DNA of 62,696 nt, filler included, from Squatina squatina (lineage: Eukaryota): NCBI GenBank assembly GCA_031763465.1. It is 4 parts of 4 records of this genome, joined end to end, with 100 filler letters (N's around TTAATTAATTAA, not from the genome) between each part and the next. Parts side by side here need not be neighbours in the genome. Positions count along the whole stretch, not along the records: positions 1 to 16,567 come from JARFOE010000073.1; positions 16,668 to 30,872 come from JARFOE010000004.1; 2 more parts are not named here. The stretch is one strand, 5' to 3'. How positions within the stretch are numbered: position 1 is the stretch's first letter; every line of letters begins with the position of its first letter. Below, in pieces: positions 12,201-24,632 of the stretch. A program made the translations under genes and the position numbers. Under the pieces are notes generated by a model. It made no database searches. It saw only the letters and a program-made list of their open reading frames with translations, and had not been told where the DNA came from.

Positions 12201-14019
12201 TTTCTTCAGAGGACCTGCTGTAAAACAGCCTTGGGATAAGGAGAAGTCCTTGTTTGCGTTTTTTTTAAATGAGCCTTGTAAACTGAAAAGGCTTTTTGCT
12301 GTATCTGTGTAATCGATGCGTGTGTGCAAAACATGATTTGGATTGGTAGGAAGGTCAATAAAAAGGAATATAATTGCATCTTCATGTAAACGGACATGAC
12401 GACTGGATAAGTAACTAAAACAAAATCTTTCTGCATTAACAGGGCTGGAGATTTGTGTTTGGTGAAAGGTGTGTCTAGAACACACTGTTGCACATGAAGT
12501 TAGAACTGTGTCAAGCTGACCGTGTATAATGCAAGTTCTTCTGTTTCTATTGCAGAAATCCCTCGGTGCAAGTGACTTCTTTTTAGAGCTTGACTCGGCT
12601 ACAAGCATTTGCAATTTGTTCTATGACAGTGCACCAAGTGGGAGCTATGGCACCATGACCTATTTGACAAAAGCTGTTGCTACCTATGTACAAGACTTCC
12701 TGCCAAACACTGGCTGTCTGATGCAGTAGAAACATGAGCTGAGAAGCAGTAATCAACCAGCATGACAAAGAGCATCCTACTGATGTCATTGTTTTTATGC
12801 TCTATTATGAAGAGTTTTAAGTGAAGGTATTTCTAATAAAATTATGATACTTGAATTGTAATAATGCATGGGATAATATGAGCTGTGTATCAGGTGAGGT
12901 TTCTTTATATACAGCTATTATTTATTTAACAATTATAATAAATTTTACATTTGTAGTGCAGAATTTCACTCCCAGAAGACTGGCAACTTTGAAGATTCAT
13001 TTATAAATATATTTAACTTTATATCAAAATTACAGGCCGCATTTTCAAACACTGTGCCTGGAATCATTACATGGAGCGACGTTTTCACTTTCACAGTCCC
13101 AGGAGGATAGGGACCATCGTGTTCTGCTGACTGTTTGTTTATCCACATCTGCATTAATCCTTAAAACCCTCAGTTTGATTATTCACTCATCCTTTTTTTA
13201 ATGGAGTTGCTTGGCTCAGCACTAACTGCTCCTGGTGGGAATCTATTCTCCACTTACCTTTGTGGACAAAAGAATTTTTCTAATCTCTAGTCAGGCTAAA
13301 GGCATGTTGATTTTTCACTTGCATCCCCCATTTCTGCCATTACAGTTCAGGTCAAATAATCTTACATCTACATTATCCAGGCCGTTCCGAATTGTAAATA
13401 CCTGTGACCATTTCCCTTCTCGACCACCGGTCCCTCAATGAAACAAATTCCATTCCATGAGCCTCTTCTCAATTTAGTTCTTCGACTGCTCAGTTATCCG
13501 TGTCTCCTCGGGCTGGGTGTTTTTTGTTCATTTGTGACGTGAACACTGATGTTACAAAATCTACTCAATTGCCATGATTGTGTTTGTTGCCATAATATTA
13601 AAGCTTTGGGGTTATGTTCTAGGATTGCATCTGCTCATGGTGGGGGAGTAGTGTCCGAGTTTGCAGATAATACTAAAATAAGGAGGGATTCTGAGGACCA
13701 CAAACTCTACCCTCAGCACGGTGGTGATTGTAAAACAGCTGTTTTTAGCTGAACATCAGTCTGAAACTTCCCAGTGTGGCGACAATGGCCCTTGAAATTA
13801 TTTCTATTTTGATCAAGAAACAAGTGTTACTGCCTCTTGAATGGACTTATATACTGTCTGGTCGAATATCCTTCCCTGTAATCTATTACCTTACCTATTA
13901 CCTGATGAAAACTCTGTCTGACTTCCCTTCTTACTTCTGACTTCCTAATTTTTAACCTGCATTGTTAGCATTTCAACCCTTCACCACAATCTAAGAAAAT
14001 CAATGTGGCAGTAAATCAT

Positions 14020-14117
14020 GGGTATAGAATTAGGACTTGGGCGGCAGTGCCAAGCGGGCAGCCAACTTACTATCACGTTACTATCGCCTGTTTTGCGCCC
14101 AAGACAAACTTTGACTC
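14020..14117. mobile_element. possible ~100-bp MITE
   Basis: Imperfect terminal inverted repeats (..CTTGGGCG / CGCCCAAG..) and possible CAT direct repeat. Confidence 0.35.
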
Positions 14118-16419
14118 CATGAGCTCAGGCACCCAAAGGTTTATCTTAACTGGGTTAACACCTCCACTAAGATAACAAACAGAGTAATGTCATCCAAACA
14201 TGTTCGGCATCCGTTCACTAATAGTGAGAACAATTTTGCACTGCTGCCTGTTATTTCAGTAGAAAGTCCCCGAGAACAGAGTGAATCTCCAGGTCTCCTT
14301 AAAGTTGGTGAATGGTCTCTTTACAAAGTGCTAGAGCAGTGAGGGTTGCAGGTAACCTTGTGGTTTGAGGTCTCTCGGGAATGTTGTAGCCCACACGGAA
14401 ATGATGGGCCGAATGGTCCCCTNNNNNNNNNNAATTTGGATCAAATGGTTTGATTGTCTGATTTTTTTTCTCATGACCTTCTGGACGATCCCTTTGGTCC
14501 AGCACTTAAACTGCAAATTCCAAATGGCCTGCCATAGGTGGAAGTGTGCAATAACATCCCTATTGGGATCGTGAAATGCCTACACTCTCCAATCTTCCAT
14601 CCCGATCTCAGACTATGGTTGAGGGATTCTGATGTACTTTAAGTAGGTTTTAATATAGTGCTCTGGTGGTCATCCATCATTCATGTCCTTCAGCACTACT
14701 TATTGCTGTCCAATGTCACTTCATTTTGTGTGGAAGGATCACAAATTATTGAAGTTACAGATTCACATCCACTTGATGCAATATTATTGTCTAGTCAAGG
14801 ATACAGGATAGCTGAGCATTCCCATATATAATTTTGTTCAGGTACTTGAGCGATACGAGCTCTTTCCTGATAAGCAGATGCCTCTTCATATTAGCAGTGG
14901 AAAGCGATCCTGTGAAGCTGTGAAAAAAATGTGACGGTCTAAATGTTAGGGAATAGTAATGGCACCAAATTGTTAACTCTCTTGCATAAAGAGACACACT
15001 AAATCACACACTTTGAAAAAGGATGTAAAATTGATTGAAGGAGGCAGCAGAAGACTGCTTTATCAGTTATGGTGCAGATGGAGATGCTGTTCGCAATCAA
15101 TGTACCCTGCATATACCATCTGTCCATTAATCTCTTACTTTTAAACTTGCTGACAGCTATTTAACCTAAGATGGCCGGAGGATCTTTTGAATTTTGTCAT
15201 GTTCCGGTTAAGTAAACTCTGTNNNNNNNNNNNNNNNNNNNNNNNNNNNNNNNNNNNNNNNNNNNNNNNNNNNNNNNNNNNNNNNNNNNNNNNNNNNNNN
15301 NNNNNNNNNNNNNNNNNNNNNNATGAGGTTGGCGGCCATGGAGGGAAGATCTCCAGAGGAGATGAGGTCTTAATTTAGTTTAGCTAAGTTAAACTCGACA
15401 CAGCTGTGAAAAACAAGCCCAAGCATAAGGCTTCCCTGTGATGTAAACTGTGTGGCCCCAAAGCAACTGTTGTACTTACCAAAACAAAAATAAAATGTTT
15501 AATTAGAGATTTGACCTATAAACAAAGAGTTTAATTTCCAGTCAATGGCCAATGGCTTACTGTGCAGTGTAAGTTGCACGTGATGAATTAGCTGAAACAT
15601 TGAGCGGTATGGAGACTGAAGATGAGATGTGTCCTTGATCTATGCACCTAATTAGTTTTTTTCATGCAGTACTTGTCAGGTTAATTACTTGGCAGAATTT
15701 TGGCTCTTAGCATTGTTCACTGTCAATCCATTCTATCACAGCACTGGATAAGGATCATTAGAGAATTCAAATGCTTTGTCCTTCTTTGAAAATCTTGACC
15801 TAATATTTGTGCATTTGCTTCGCTCAGCTGAAAGGTTAGTGCGAAGTACTGAGGGGTTCAGGTTTGTCCAAACCTGATGCTGCCCGACAGTAAGTATGAG
15901 CACTCAACTTTTAATTCATCTCTTTTCTAGATAAGTTGACCAAATGTCACTCTTTACTCCTGGTTGTTATAATCCTGATTCGAGTCAGATGCTTTGAGCT
16001 TATTAACTAAGTCAGTTGGTTCTCAAGGGAAATTGTCTCTGCTTGACTCAAGTCATTACTCGGGTGCTTGACTGTAAGTGTTAGCATGAAATGTGTGCTG
16101 AGAAAGGCAACACCTAATTAATTGCAATGGATGTAGAGGGGACCAGGACAACAGGGACTTAAAAGGGGATCTGACCACAGTCCAGCTCCTCACCTTGGAC
16201 ACTCCTGAAAATTGAAGTTGAAAAGTAAACAGGTACATTTGTAGAAACCTGAAAAAAAGGCAATGAAAAAATTAATCCAAGGAAATTGTTCCTCACTGTG
16301 AAGAGTTCAAATCCCAGGGAACACAAGATAAAAGTTTGCTGAGGATGCAAAAGTTTGGCAAAACAGCAAGGATGACGGGGGCAGATCCCATTTAAAAGGG
16401 TACAGGCGAGGTGATACAT

Positions 16420-16567
16420 TGCGGGCAGAGACAGTCAAGAGGAGACTTAATGGAGTTTTTTTTTTATTTGTGAAGGGTTTCGATAGAGTGAATAAAGAAA
16501 GACGATGATCTCTGGTTGGGGACTCAGGGGCGAGGGATCATTCACTAAGAGAATTAGGAGAGGCTAG
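16420..16567 (+). mobile_element. CR1 LINE ORF2 3' fragment
   Basis: AGAGGAGACTTAATGGAG...GTGAAGGGTTTCGATAGAGTG (RGDL..KGFDRV motif). Confidence 0.6.
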
Positions 16568-16667
16568 NNNNNNNNNNNNNNNNNNNNNNNNNNNNNNNNN
16601 NNNNNNNNNNNTTAATTAATTAANNNNNNNNNNNNNNNNNNNNNNNNNNNNNNNNNNNNNNNNNNNN
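16568..16667. other. artificial scaffold linker N44-TTAATTAATTAA-N44
   Basis: Palindromic 12-mer with TAA stops in all six frames, centred in exactly 44+44 N; identical at 30873-30972 and 50576-50675. Confidence 0.95.
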
Positions 16668-16780
16668 TTCGTCCTCCATAGTATGAGTGCTAACTTGGGT
16701 TGCCCAGTCTATATGCAGATTAAAGTCCCCCATGATTACTGTGTTACCCTTGTTACATGCACTTCTAATTTACTGATTTA
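16668..16780 (-). mobile_element. CR1 LINE APE endonuclease fragment
   Basis: Minus strand GTAATCATGGGGGACTTTAAT = VIMGDFN motif. Confidence 0.75.
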
Positions 16781-17084
16781 TACGTTAACTAGCTCAGACT
16801 TGGGGGATCTTAACTAGCTGGGGGAGCCCAGTTATGACCTCTGTAAAATTAATTTTAATTAGTACTGAACTGTGTTGTGGGCCTATAATTGTCAGGAAGT
16901 GGCACGAGGTATGAAATTTATAACTCATCGGTTCGAGTTGAGTTCAAACTCAGAAGTGAAATGGAAATGCTACTTTTTTAAATTTATTTTTTTCCCAGTT
17001 TCCTTCGCTCCCTCTTTCCAGCTGGGTTACAATTCCATTTCCGTTGGTTGCTCCCTGGTAACCTTTCCAAGGGATCATTCCTCA

Positions 17085-17335
17085 TGTGAACTCAGACAGT
17101 GAGTTTTAACAGACTATTTGACTGTGGAAGCCCTCACACCTGAGCCCAATCCTGTCCTCATATCACATCCACACCCTGGATGCTGATCAAGAGCAGGGAC
17201 CCTGGGTAATGTCCCCCTCCACAGTGCAGAGGATACTGAGGCAAAATGTGACACCCTGAAGCCGTGGCTTGCACTCTATCTGGGATGTGAGTGATATCCC
17301 ATCACAGCTGAACACTCATTGTCTAGGCTGACAAG
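17085..17335. repeat. unclassified ancient interspersed repeat (also ~2125-2205 and ~6835-6910)
   Basis: Reverse complement of 17085-17160 (TGAGGACAGGATTGGGCTCAG...GTCAAATAGTCTGTTAAAACTCACTGTCTGAG) aligns by eye with 6838-6910 and 2127-2200. Confidence 0.5.
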
Positions 17336-17689
17336 GGATGACACTGATGTGGTATCAGAGGGCACCTGTTAACAGCAATCTCTACTCCAGTGAGGAGTCA
17401 GCGCCTTCAGTAGAGGAGGGGAGAAAATTGGGAAACAGAGATGGAAGCTAGAGGCCGGGGTTTAGGGATAGTCCTGGTCTGAACCCCTCTGTGTGTTCAG
17501 ACTCCGATTTAATTGTTGAATTCTTTCTTTCTCAGAAACAGAAATTCAACAGGCCTGTGAATGAGTTAACACTATCTAAAATTGATATATACTCTCACTG
17601 GGATGAAGCACTGTTTTTCAAATCCAGGGTCTTAGACCATTAAGAAAATAAAAGCCACACACAGACATTAGAAAAATGATTCTGCTCAC

Positions 17690-17786
17690 CCGGAGTTGGA
17701 GCAGGAGTGGATTTTCCACTGCTTTGCCCAAGCAATTTGACATGGCTAGCAGGAAACCATCCTTTTTGACGCTTTTTACCTCTGGC
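17690..17786 (-). CDS. ITSN2: Intersectin-2 exon, end of SH3D domain
   Basis: 97-nt ag|...|gtgagc exon encoding [32 protein letters not shown]; in phase with the upstream exon. Confidence 0.93.
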
Positions 17787-19083
17787 CTACAAGTGAAACA
17801 GAACAAAAAAAATATGAAAACAAGTAATGGAATGAAAGACATTTCTCAATCAGTGTCTGAGGTAGTATGCTGCAGTTTAATTTCATCCTTGTTTTGCTGC
17901 AGTTCCTTTCCTTTCCATTAGATGGTGCTCCATCCAGGAGCCTAAAATAACATGAAATCAGCCAAGAAAGTACAAGTGCGAGGCATTCTCAAGAGTGAAG
18001 CTTACAACCTTCCAGCAGGAGCCAAAGACTTAAACCACTTCAATTACAAACCCATTTCCCTGTGCAACTTTCCTTTATATTGTCATCCTGGAAGACACAT
18101 GACTTGCCCCTGGCTATGAGAGCACTGTTTGCTACCAGACAGTGGCAGTAGTATACACAAGCCATAAATTAACTTAACGAAAAGTCACCCATACAACAGA
18201 AATATCGCATTATTCACCAACTTGGACTTTCAACACTGGATCTAAATAGTTGACTGACTGGGACAATGTGGGTTTAGTGATGCAAAGAGAGACAAAATAA
18301 AAAGGTATGGAGCAAGAAAGGACATCTGGCCTGTAAATATCCCTGAGGGTAGACGGCCAAAAATTCCACATTACGTTCTAAATGTGGCTTTAGCAATGGG
18401 TCATACAGAGTAAGCAGTCAATAATCACACACTAGTCCCCTTCATTTTTCATCTTTTTTAATGAACACCATATTCCATGTTTGCTGTTCCACTGTGAAAT
18501 CCATGTTATTCATAAATCCTTCAGTTTAGTTTGTTGATACCCCATGAATGTTACTTCCCTTATGCCTGTCCTCATAGCTTAGTAACTACCTTTCTTTCTC
18601 TTAAAATAAAAGGTGTAACGACTGAAGTGTGATGGATTAGACTCAATTACCCACAAAGCCCCTGTTCAGAACAGTCATTATGAAGCAGGTGTTTAAATTG
18701 CACATGCACAGAATTTTAAAAAATCCTTTTTTTAAAACAACTGTCCGATTCAAAAATGAAAACGCCTGAGGGAATGCACGGACTGTGTCAGATGGCCATA
18801 CCCTCATCTAGACTCACTTGAAAAACATGTCTCCAAATGGGGAGTCCCTGTATCCAATTCAGTTTCCCTGGAGGCAATTCCACTAGTTTCCTTTTTGATA
18901 TTTTCACAAATGAGGAATATTTTATTTATAGCTTGACAAGACAGAAGTTATAGAAGAAAACTACCACAACTGCACATTTATTTTCTTTATCTCTCTTTAT
19001 CTACAGTAACTCAATGACCATGCAATAATGGCAACTGACATTCTTTGTGTTTATCAATGTTTATTGTCGATTAAAATGCTTAC

Positions 19084-19205
19084 CTGTAACTCACCCTGCC
19101 ACCATCCAGAGGCATTTTTCTTCAAAATAAGTATCAACTGGCCTGGGACGAGGCTGAGCTGCTCAGTACCTGTAGCGGTGTACGCTGAGGTTACCTGAGC
19201 AATCT
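19084..19205 (-). CDS. ITSN2: Intersectin-2 exon, start of SH3D domain
   Basis: 122-nt cag|...|gtaagc exon encoding [41 protein letters not shown]; VTSAY and WWQGE favour ITSN2 over ITSN1. Confidence 0.93.
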
Positions 19206-19469
19206 CTGTAAGAAAATATTGAACAAGTTACAACAGCCTCCAGGAGACTATTATACTCAAAATCCCTAAATTAAAAATCTAAAAAAGAAACTTCAGAACT
19301 TCTATTTTATGACAGCAGTTTTGACATTACATACTTCATTCCATCATAGGTGGAAAATATTTCTNNNNNNNNNNNNNNNNNNNNNNNNNNNNNNNNNNNN
19401 NNNNNNNNNNNNNNNNNNNNNNNNNNNNNNNNNNNNNNNNNNNNNNNNNNNNNNNNNNNNNNNNAACAG

Positions 19470-19695
19470 AAGTTTGCCTTCAGCTGCCAAGGCCCTACAC
19501 TTTGGAATTCCCTCCCTAAGCCTCTTTCCTCCTTTAAGACGCTCCTTAAAACCAATCTCTTTGACCAAGCTTTTGGTCATCTGCACTCATATCTCTATGT
19601 GGCCTGGTGTCAAATTTTGTTTTATAATGCTCCTGTGAAGTGCCTTGGGACGTTTTATTACGTTAAAGATGCTATATAAATACAAGTTGTTGTTG
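19470..19695 (+). mobile_element. L2-type LINE 3' end
   Basis: AFSCQGPTLWNSLP..FKTLLKTNLF C-terminal motif followed by GTGAAGTGCCTTGGGA...GCTATATAAATACAAGTTGTTG tail. Confidence 0.8.
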
Positions 19696-20759
19696 GTGTT
19701 ACATAAGTCTTGTACTAATGTCTAATGATGGAAAAAAATACATATTGTGAAGGTTGCAAATGACTTGTAGTACTTGAAAAGATAATGAATTTCTAAAGCA
19801 TTGCACCAAATCTATGGTTTGGATAAGCGATGCAGTATCAGTTGCTATTTAGGGGTTGTATTACAGGTCTGTAAACGCACTGTTGCTTTTTAATTTGAGA
19901 TTTATTCATCCTCGGGCTCAGTAAGTTTTTGCTCCGGTTCACATGTTTCTAAGATTGAATGAACAGTTACGTTTTTTTTTCTGGTGCAGTTATAAGATTT
20001 ACCCAGCTTATTGCAGGAATATTGAAAACTGTGTGCCGACAGCAAGTGATGGAAGAATGTCCACTAACCATCTTCTAATGGATGAACACTTTATTCAGCA
20101 TGAAACTACTCCATACTTCACATTGTTGAAGCAAACACTACACGCAAGTCTTCATTAAAAGCAATTTGGCCCCAATTTTCCCTTTGACATCTTGCTGATA
20201 ACACTACTCCAGTTGCTACTAAGCCATTTTACAAGCCATCAAAGATTTGCATTGGCTACGTCCAAGGATTCTTTCACATTCTACAAGTGGCAAAGCATCG
20301 GAAAGGCTCCAGGGTGGTTGACAACATAGCAGGATCACACTTTGTACATTTTTATCCAATGTTCCCTGTTTCCAATGAGAAATTAATACCACAGAAAGGA
20401 AGGACATTTAAAAGAAATAAAAATTTGGTTTGCTCATGAAGCACTAAGTCCAATATTAATCTTTCAACCTCCTCCAAACGCAATCTGATGTGCTGGCATC
20501 TTATTTTACCAAGGAATTCTGTGTCTAATTTTCAATTGACACACCCTTCAAAACAGCGGCTGTGTGTCATTTAGAACTCCCGTGTCGACAATCGGGCACT
20601 CCTCTCTCTCCCACACCCTCCCACCCCCGCAGAATATCCAAATGCAGCCATGTTACCANNNNNNNNNNNNNNNNNNNNNNNNNNNNNNNNNNNNNNNNNN
20701 NNNNNNNNNNNNNNNNNNNNNNNNNNNNNNNNNNNNNNNNNNNNNNNNNNNNNNNNNNA

Positions 20760-21020
20760 TGTGGGAGGCCAGCCAGGAGTGTGTTGGAATAGTCAAGTCT
20801 AGGGGTAACAAAGGCATGGATGAGGGTTTCAGCAGATGAGCTGAGGCAAGGGCGGAGACAGGCAATGTTATGTTGGTGGAAATAGGCGGTCTTAGTTATG
20901 GCGCGGATATGTGGTCAGAATCTAATTTCAGGGTCAAATATAACACTGAGGTTGCGAATAGTGTGGTTCAGCCCCAGACAGATGCTAGGGAGAGGGATGG
21001 AGTCGGTGGATAGGAAACAA
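20760..21020 (-). mobile_element. L2-type LINE ORF2 fragment
   Basis: Minus strand reads like TAYFH..IA.L.P.LSSSAETLIHAFVTPRLDYSNTLLAGLP. Confidence 0.7.
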
Positions 21021-21813
21021 AGTTTGTATCAACAATCCATGTAATCTCTTGCCTGCCTGTCAGCTGCCATGGGGTCTGGAACAGGGCACAAGCAATATAA
21101 AGCTGTTTTCTCTTCTAAACAGAGAATACAGTACAAGTTGGGATTATTGTAGGAATATAGTCAAAAAGGTTTCAGTTCTCAAATTAGCATGATATATCTG
21201 GCATTAGATTCCCAATCAAATCAACTGGGCTCTGTAAAGTATTATTGAAGCCCATAAATTACTTTTAGTTTTATATTGAAATTATCTATACCCTTCCAAC
21301 ATATATTATTTTTGTCTTAAAGATAGAACTATGTTAGGCTTTAAAATGCTGGAAAATGAATTAAGTAAAGTAGCAAAAAAAAGTTTCAGGGAGGAAGAGG
21401 AGGTAAATGCCACTGGAAAATAAATGTCTTGCTTTCAGCACGCGCATCTCCCTTCAGTAATATCTAAATCCACCTCATTTGCAAATTGTGTTTTGCACAC
21501 TTTAGTTTTTTTCCCCCACAATAAAAATGATTGAACATTGTTGCAGCTTAAGTCGTGCCAAGTCCATGTCCTACTGTACTTTATCTAAGTCCTTGTCTTT
21601 ACATGACAAAGGACTGCTTTTTCAGCAGTCAGCTTTTGCTAGGTTTCTAGGTTGACTTGTACGAGAATGGACCCTTGTATGAAATACACAGGCTGTTCAC
21701 ATCCATGGAACTGTATCCTACCTAGCATGGCTTAGCACTTATGGGAATTAGGAGGGATGAAAATTAAAATATATGGATCATTTCACCATCCTGGGAAATA
21801 GAGAATTACTCAC

Positions 21814-21951
21814 CTAAATGAAGGAGGTGTCAATTCTGGGGGAAGTGTGAGAGGAAGAGGTTGACCAGACCTGGCCATTTCTATCAAATGCATTGCTAAA
21901 ATAAACTCTTCTGCTCTGAGCTTTCCATCCTGATCAACATCTGCCAGGTTC
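21814..21951 (-). CDS. ITSN2: Intersectin-2 exon, second EH domain
   Basis: 138-nt cag|...|gtgagt exon encoding (W)[45 protein letters not shown](R), EF-hand of EH2. Confidence 0.92.
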
Positions 21952-22599
21952 CTGTAATTCAACAGTGTGTCAGAGGAAGAGGCTTAATACATATTGTCAT
22001 GTTGCCGAACTGAACAACAAAATAGTTTCTCTGAACATATGGACAACAAGTTGATTCTATAGCACAAGACAAAAAGAAACACTGAACTTTTTGTCAAGGG
22101 TCACAATTTCAAGGAATGATTTGTTCAAAGGCTGCTGCTTTCACCAGGATTTCTGTAATGCACAAGAGTGGGCAACAGCCAATGTGGGGCCATTTAAAAT
22201 ATTTTGTAGTCTCTTTCAAATGCTTTGAATTTCTTTTTCTTCAGCTATTTTGAAAGTGACCAAGGCTCAAGTCACCATGTATTGGCTAGGCATCACCACA
22301 CAGGATGGGAAGTCAAATCAGGACTGCTTAAATACATCTTCGCACCACTGGTGATACAGTGGCACCAACAAAGGCCTTGACATTGGGAGATGTTCGGTCT
22401 TCCCGACTGAACAGGAAGACAAATTAGTAATGTTTGCTCATTTTGTTCAACAAAAAGCATTTTAAACCCAGCCATCATCTAGCTCCCCTTATCCGAGTGG
22501 TCTTTCCCAGCCATAAGTACAAGCCGGCACCCTCCATACTCTGACCGTAGATTACTGCTTCTTCCCACTCCTTGCGCTCTGCCATCTGAGGCAATTCTT

Positions 22600-23175
22600 T
22601 GAGTTATTCAATTTCCACATATGGTGTTAACTCCCAGATCTACCTTTCCACCATCTCCCTCAAATCTTCCATTGACTTTGGGTTGCCAGATTACTTACTC
22701 AATATCCAGTCTTAGATGAGCCGCAATTTCCTGTAGTTAAACACTGGGAAGGCCAAAGCCATTGTAGTCGGCCCCCTGGCACAAACTCCGTTCTCTTGCC
22801 CCTCCCCAGCAATTGTCTCAGGCTGAACCAGTCTGTTTGCTACCTTGGTGTCCTATTGGAACAAAAACTGAGCTTCCAATTCCATGTCCTCTGCATCACT
22901 AAGATGGTCTATTCTCACCTCCATAACATCACAACCTCTGCCCCTACCAGCCCACCCGTCAATGAAACCTTCATCTATGTCTTTGTTTACTCCAGACACA
23001 ACTAATTCCAGGTTCTCCTAGCCGGCAGCCATTCTCTACCCTTCGCTTCAGCGCATCCAAAATTCTGCTGCTCATAAGCCGTCCCACATCTAGTCCCAAT
23101 CAGTCTTGTCCATGCTAACCTACATTGGTTCCTGGTTCCCCCAATACATCCAATTTAAAATTCTCATCCTTGTAA
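22600..23175 (+). mobile_element. L2-type LINE ORF2 fragment, degenerate
   Basis: LRLNQSVCYLGVLL..LSF..H...K..Y.HL.NI and ETFIYVFVYSR motifs. Confidence 0.65.
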
Positions 23176-23182
23176 AGACAGA

Positions 23183-23314
23183 TTTGCATTTATAGAGCAC
23201 CTTTCACGACCACTGGTGTCCCAAAGCACTTTACAGCCAATAAAGTACTGTCTGAAGTGTAGTCACTGTTGTAATGTAGGAAACACAGCAGCCAACTTGC
23301 GCACAGCAAGCTCC
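23183..23314 (-). mobile_element. SacSINE1-like SINE 3' half
   Basis: GGAGCTTGCTGTGCGCAAGTTGGCTGCTGTGTTTCCTACATTACAACAGTGACTACACTTCA...GGCTGTAAAGTGCTTTGGGAC on the minus strand. Confidence 0.8.
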
Positions 23315-23414
23315 NNNNNNNNNNNNNNNNNNNNNNNNNNNNNNNNNNNNNNNNNNNNNNNNNNNNNNNNNNNNNNNNNNNNNNNNNNNNNNNNNNNNNN
23401 NNNNNNNNNNNNNN

Positions 23415-23995
23415 CATGGGTTTTTCCTTTACTGACCAACCTGCCATTTAGGACCTGGTCAAAAGCCTGGCTAAAATCCACGAAGACTACATCAAATGTG
23501 CTATCCTCATCAACCCTCCTTGTTACCTCCTCAAAAAATTCAATTAATTTAGTCAGACATGACCTTACCTTAACAAATCCATGCTGACTGTCCTTGATTA
23601 ATCTGTGCCTTTCAAAAGGACGATTAATACGGTCGCTTAGAATTTTTTGCAACAATTTACCCACCATTGAGTTTTGGCTGACTGGCCTGTAATTACACTG
23701 TTACACTGTCTGTCCCTTTCTTCTTTCTTAAACAATGGCCTCCAGCACCACGCCTGCATTGGAAAATGATGGTCAGAGCCTCCGCTATTTCCTCCCTGGC
23801 TTCTCTTAACAACCTGGGATACATTTCATCCGGGCCTGCCGATTTATCTACTTTCAAAGATGCTAACCTCTTAATATTTCCTCTCACTACGTTTATCTTA
23901 TCTAATATTTCACACTCCTCCTCCTTAATTAACTACAATGTCCGTATTTTCCCCCCTTTTGTGAAAATGGACGCAAAGTATTCATGAAGAACCAT
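23415..23995 (-). mobile_element. CR1 LINE reverse transcriptase fragment
   Basis: KSAGPDEMYPRLLRE and SQHGFVKVRSCLTKLIEFFEEVT..DVVFVDFSQAFD motifs. Confidence 0.9.
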
Positions 23996-24501
23996 ACACA
24001 AATTAAGACGTATATGGTTCTGAAGACACCTGTAGGCTCTAGTATTGATTCTCATGTAGTATCTAACTCACAATGTGATCGACAGACATAACCCATGTTT
24101 GGAAGGACAAAATATATAATTACACTGCCAAGCCTTTTTCGGGGCTCAAGTGGGCATAGTATGAAATTTTAACATACCCACCATTCCGTTTTACTGAAAA
24201 CCTGGACAACACTAGATTATCTGTAATACAGGTGAGACAATACTTGTCCTCAAAAAAGCTATGCATCAAGTATAGTATGGAACAAATTCCGAGTTTCCTG
24301 CAATAATTAGTGTTGGTGTTTACGGTATAACAATAGCTGAATGCTGATTATGTAACCAAGCAACTTGCAAACTTGACCTTTGTAACAATGATGTATGCGT
24401 CAACAACTGTTATAACTGTACTGTAGCCAGGAAGTTCAGGTCTAGGCCCACTCTATTGTCACCTGAATTGTGCAAGGTGAAAGTCTCTCGATTATTTACT
24501 C

Positions 24502-24632
24502 GGTGTCAGCCTTGGATCAGCGGTAGCACTCACCTTCAAGTCAGAGCGTTGTGGGTTCAAGCCCCATTCCAGAAACTTGAGCACGTAATCTAGGCCGACA
24601 CTTCAGTGCAGTACTGAGTGCACCGTCGGGGG
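24502..24632 (+). mobile_element. SacSINE1-like SINE tRNA-derived head
   Basis: GTGTCAGCCTTGGATCAGCGGTAGCAC...GGTTCAAGCCCCATTCCAGAAACTTGAGCAC...CAGTGCAGTACTGAG with A and B boxes. Confidence 0.75.

Noticed and set aside
9500-16400. Many 60-160 aa ORFs in the first block
   Set aside because: No recognisable domains or convincing splice-site pairs; consistent with random ORFs in AT-rich non-coding DNA
16612-16623. Recurrent TTAATTAATTAA motif (also 30917-30928 and 50620-50631) as a biological signal
   Set aside because: Always centred in exactly 44+44 N; a synthetic six-frame-stop linker
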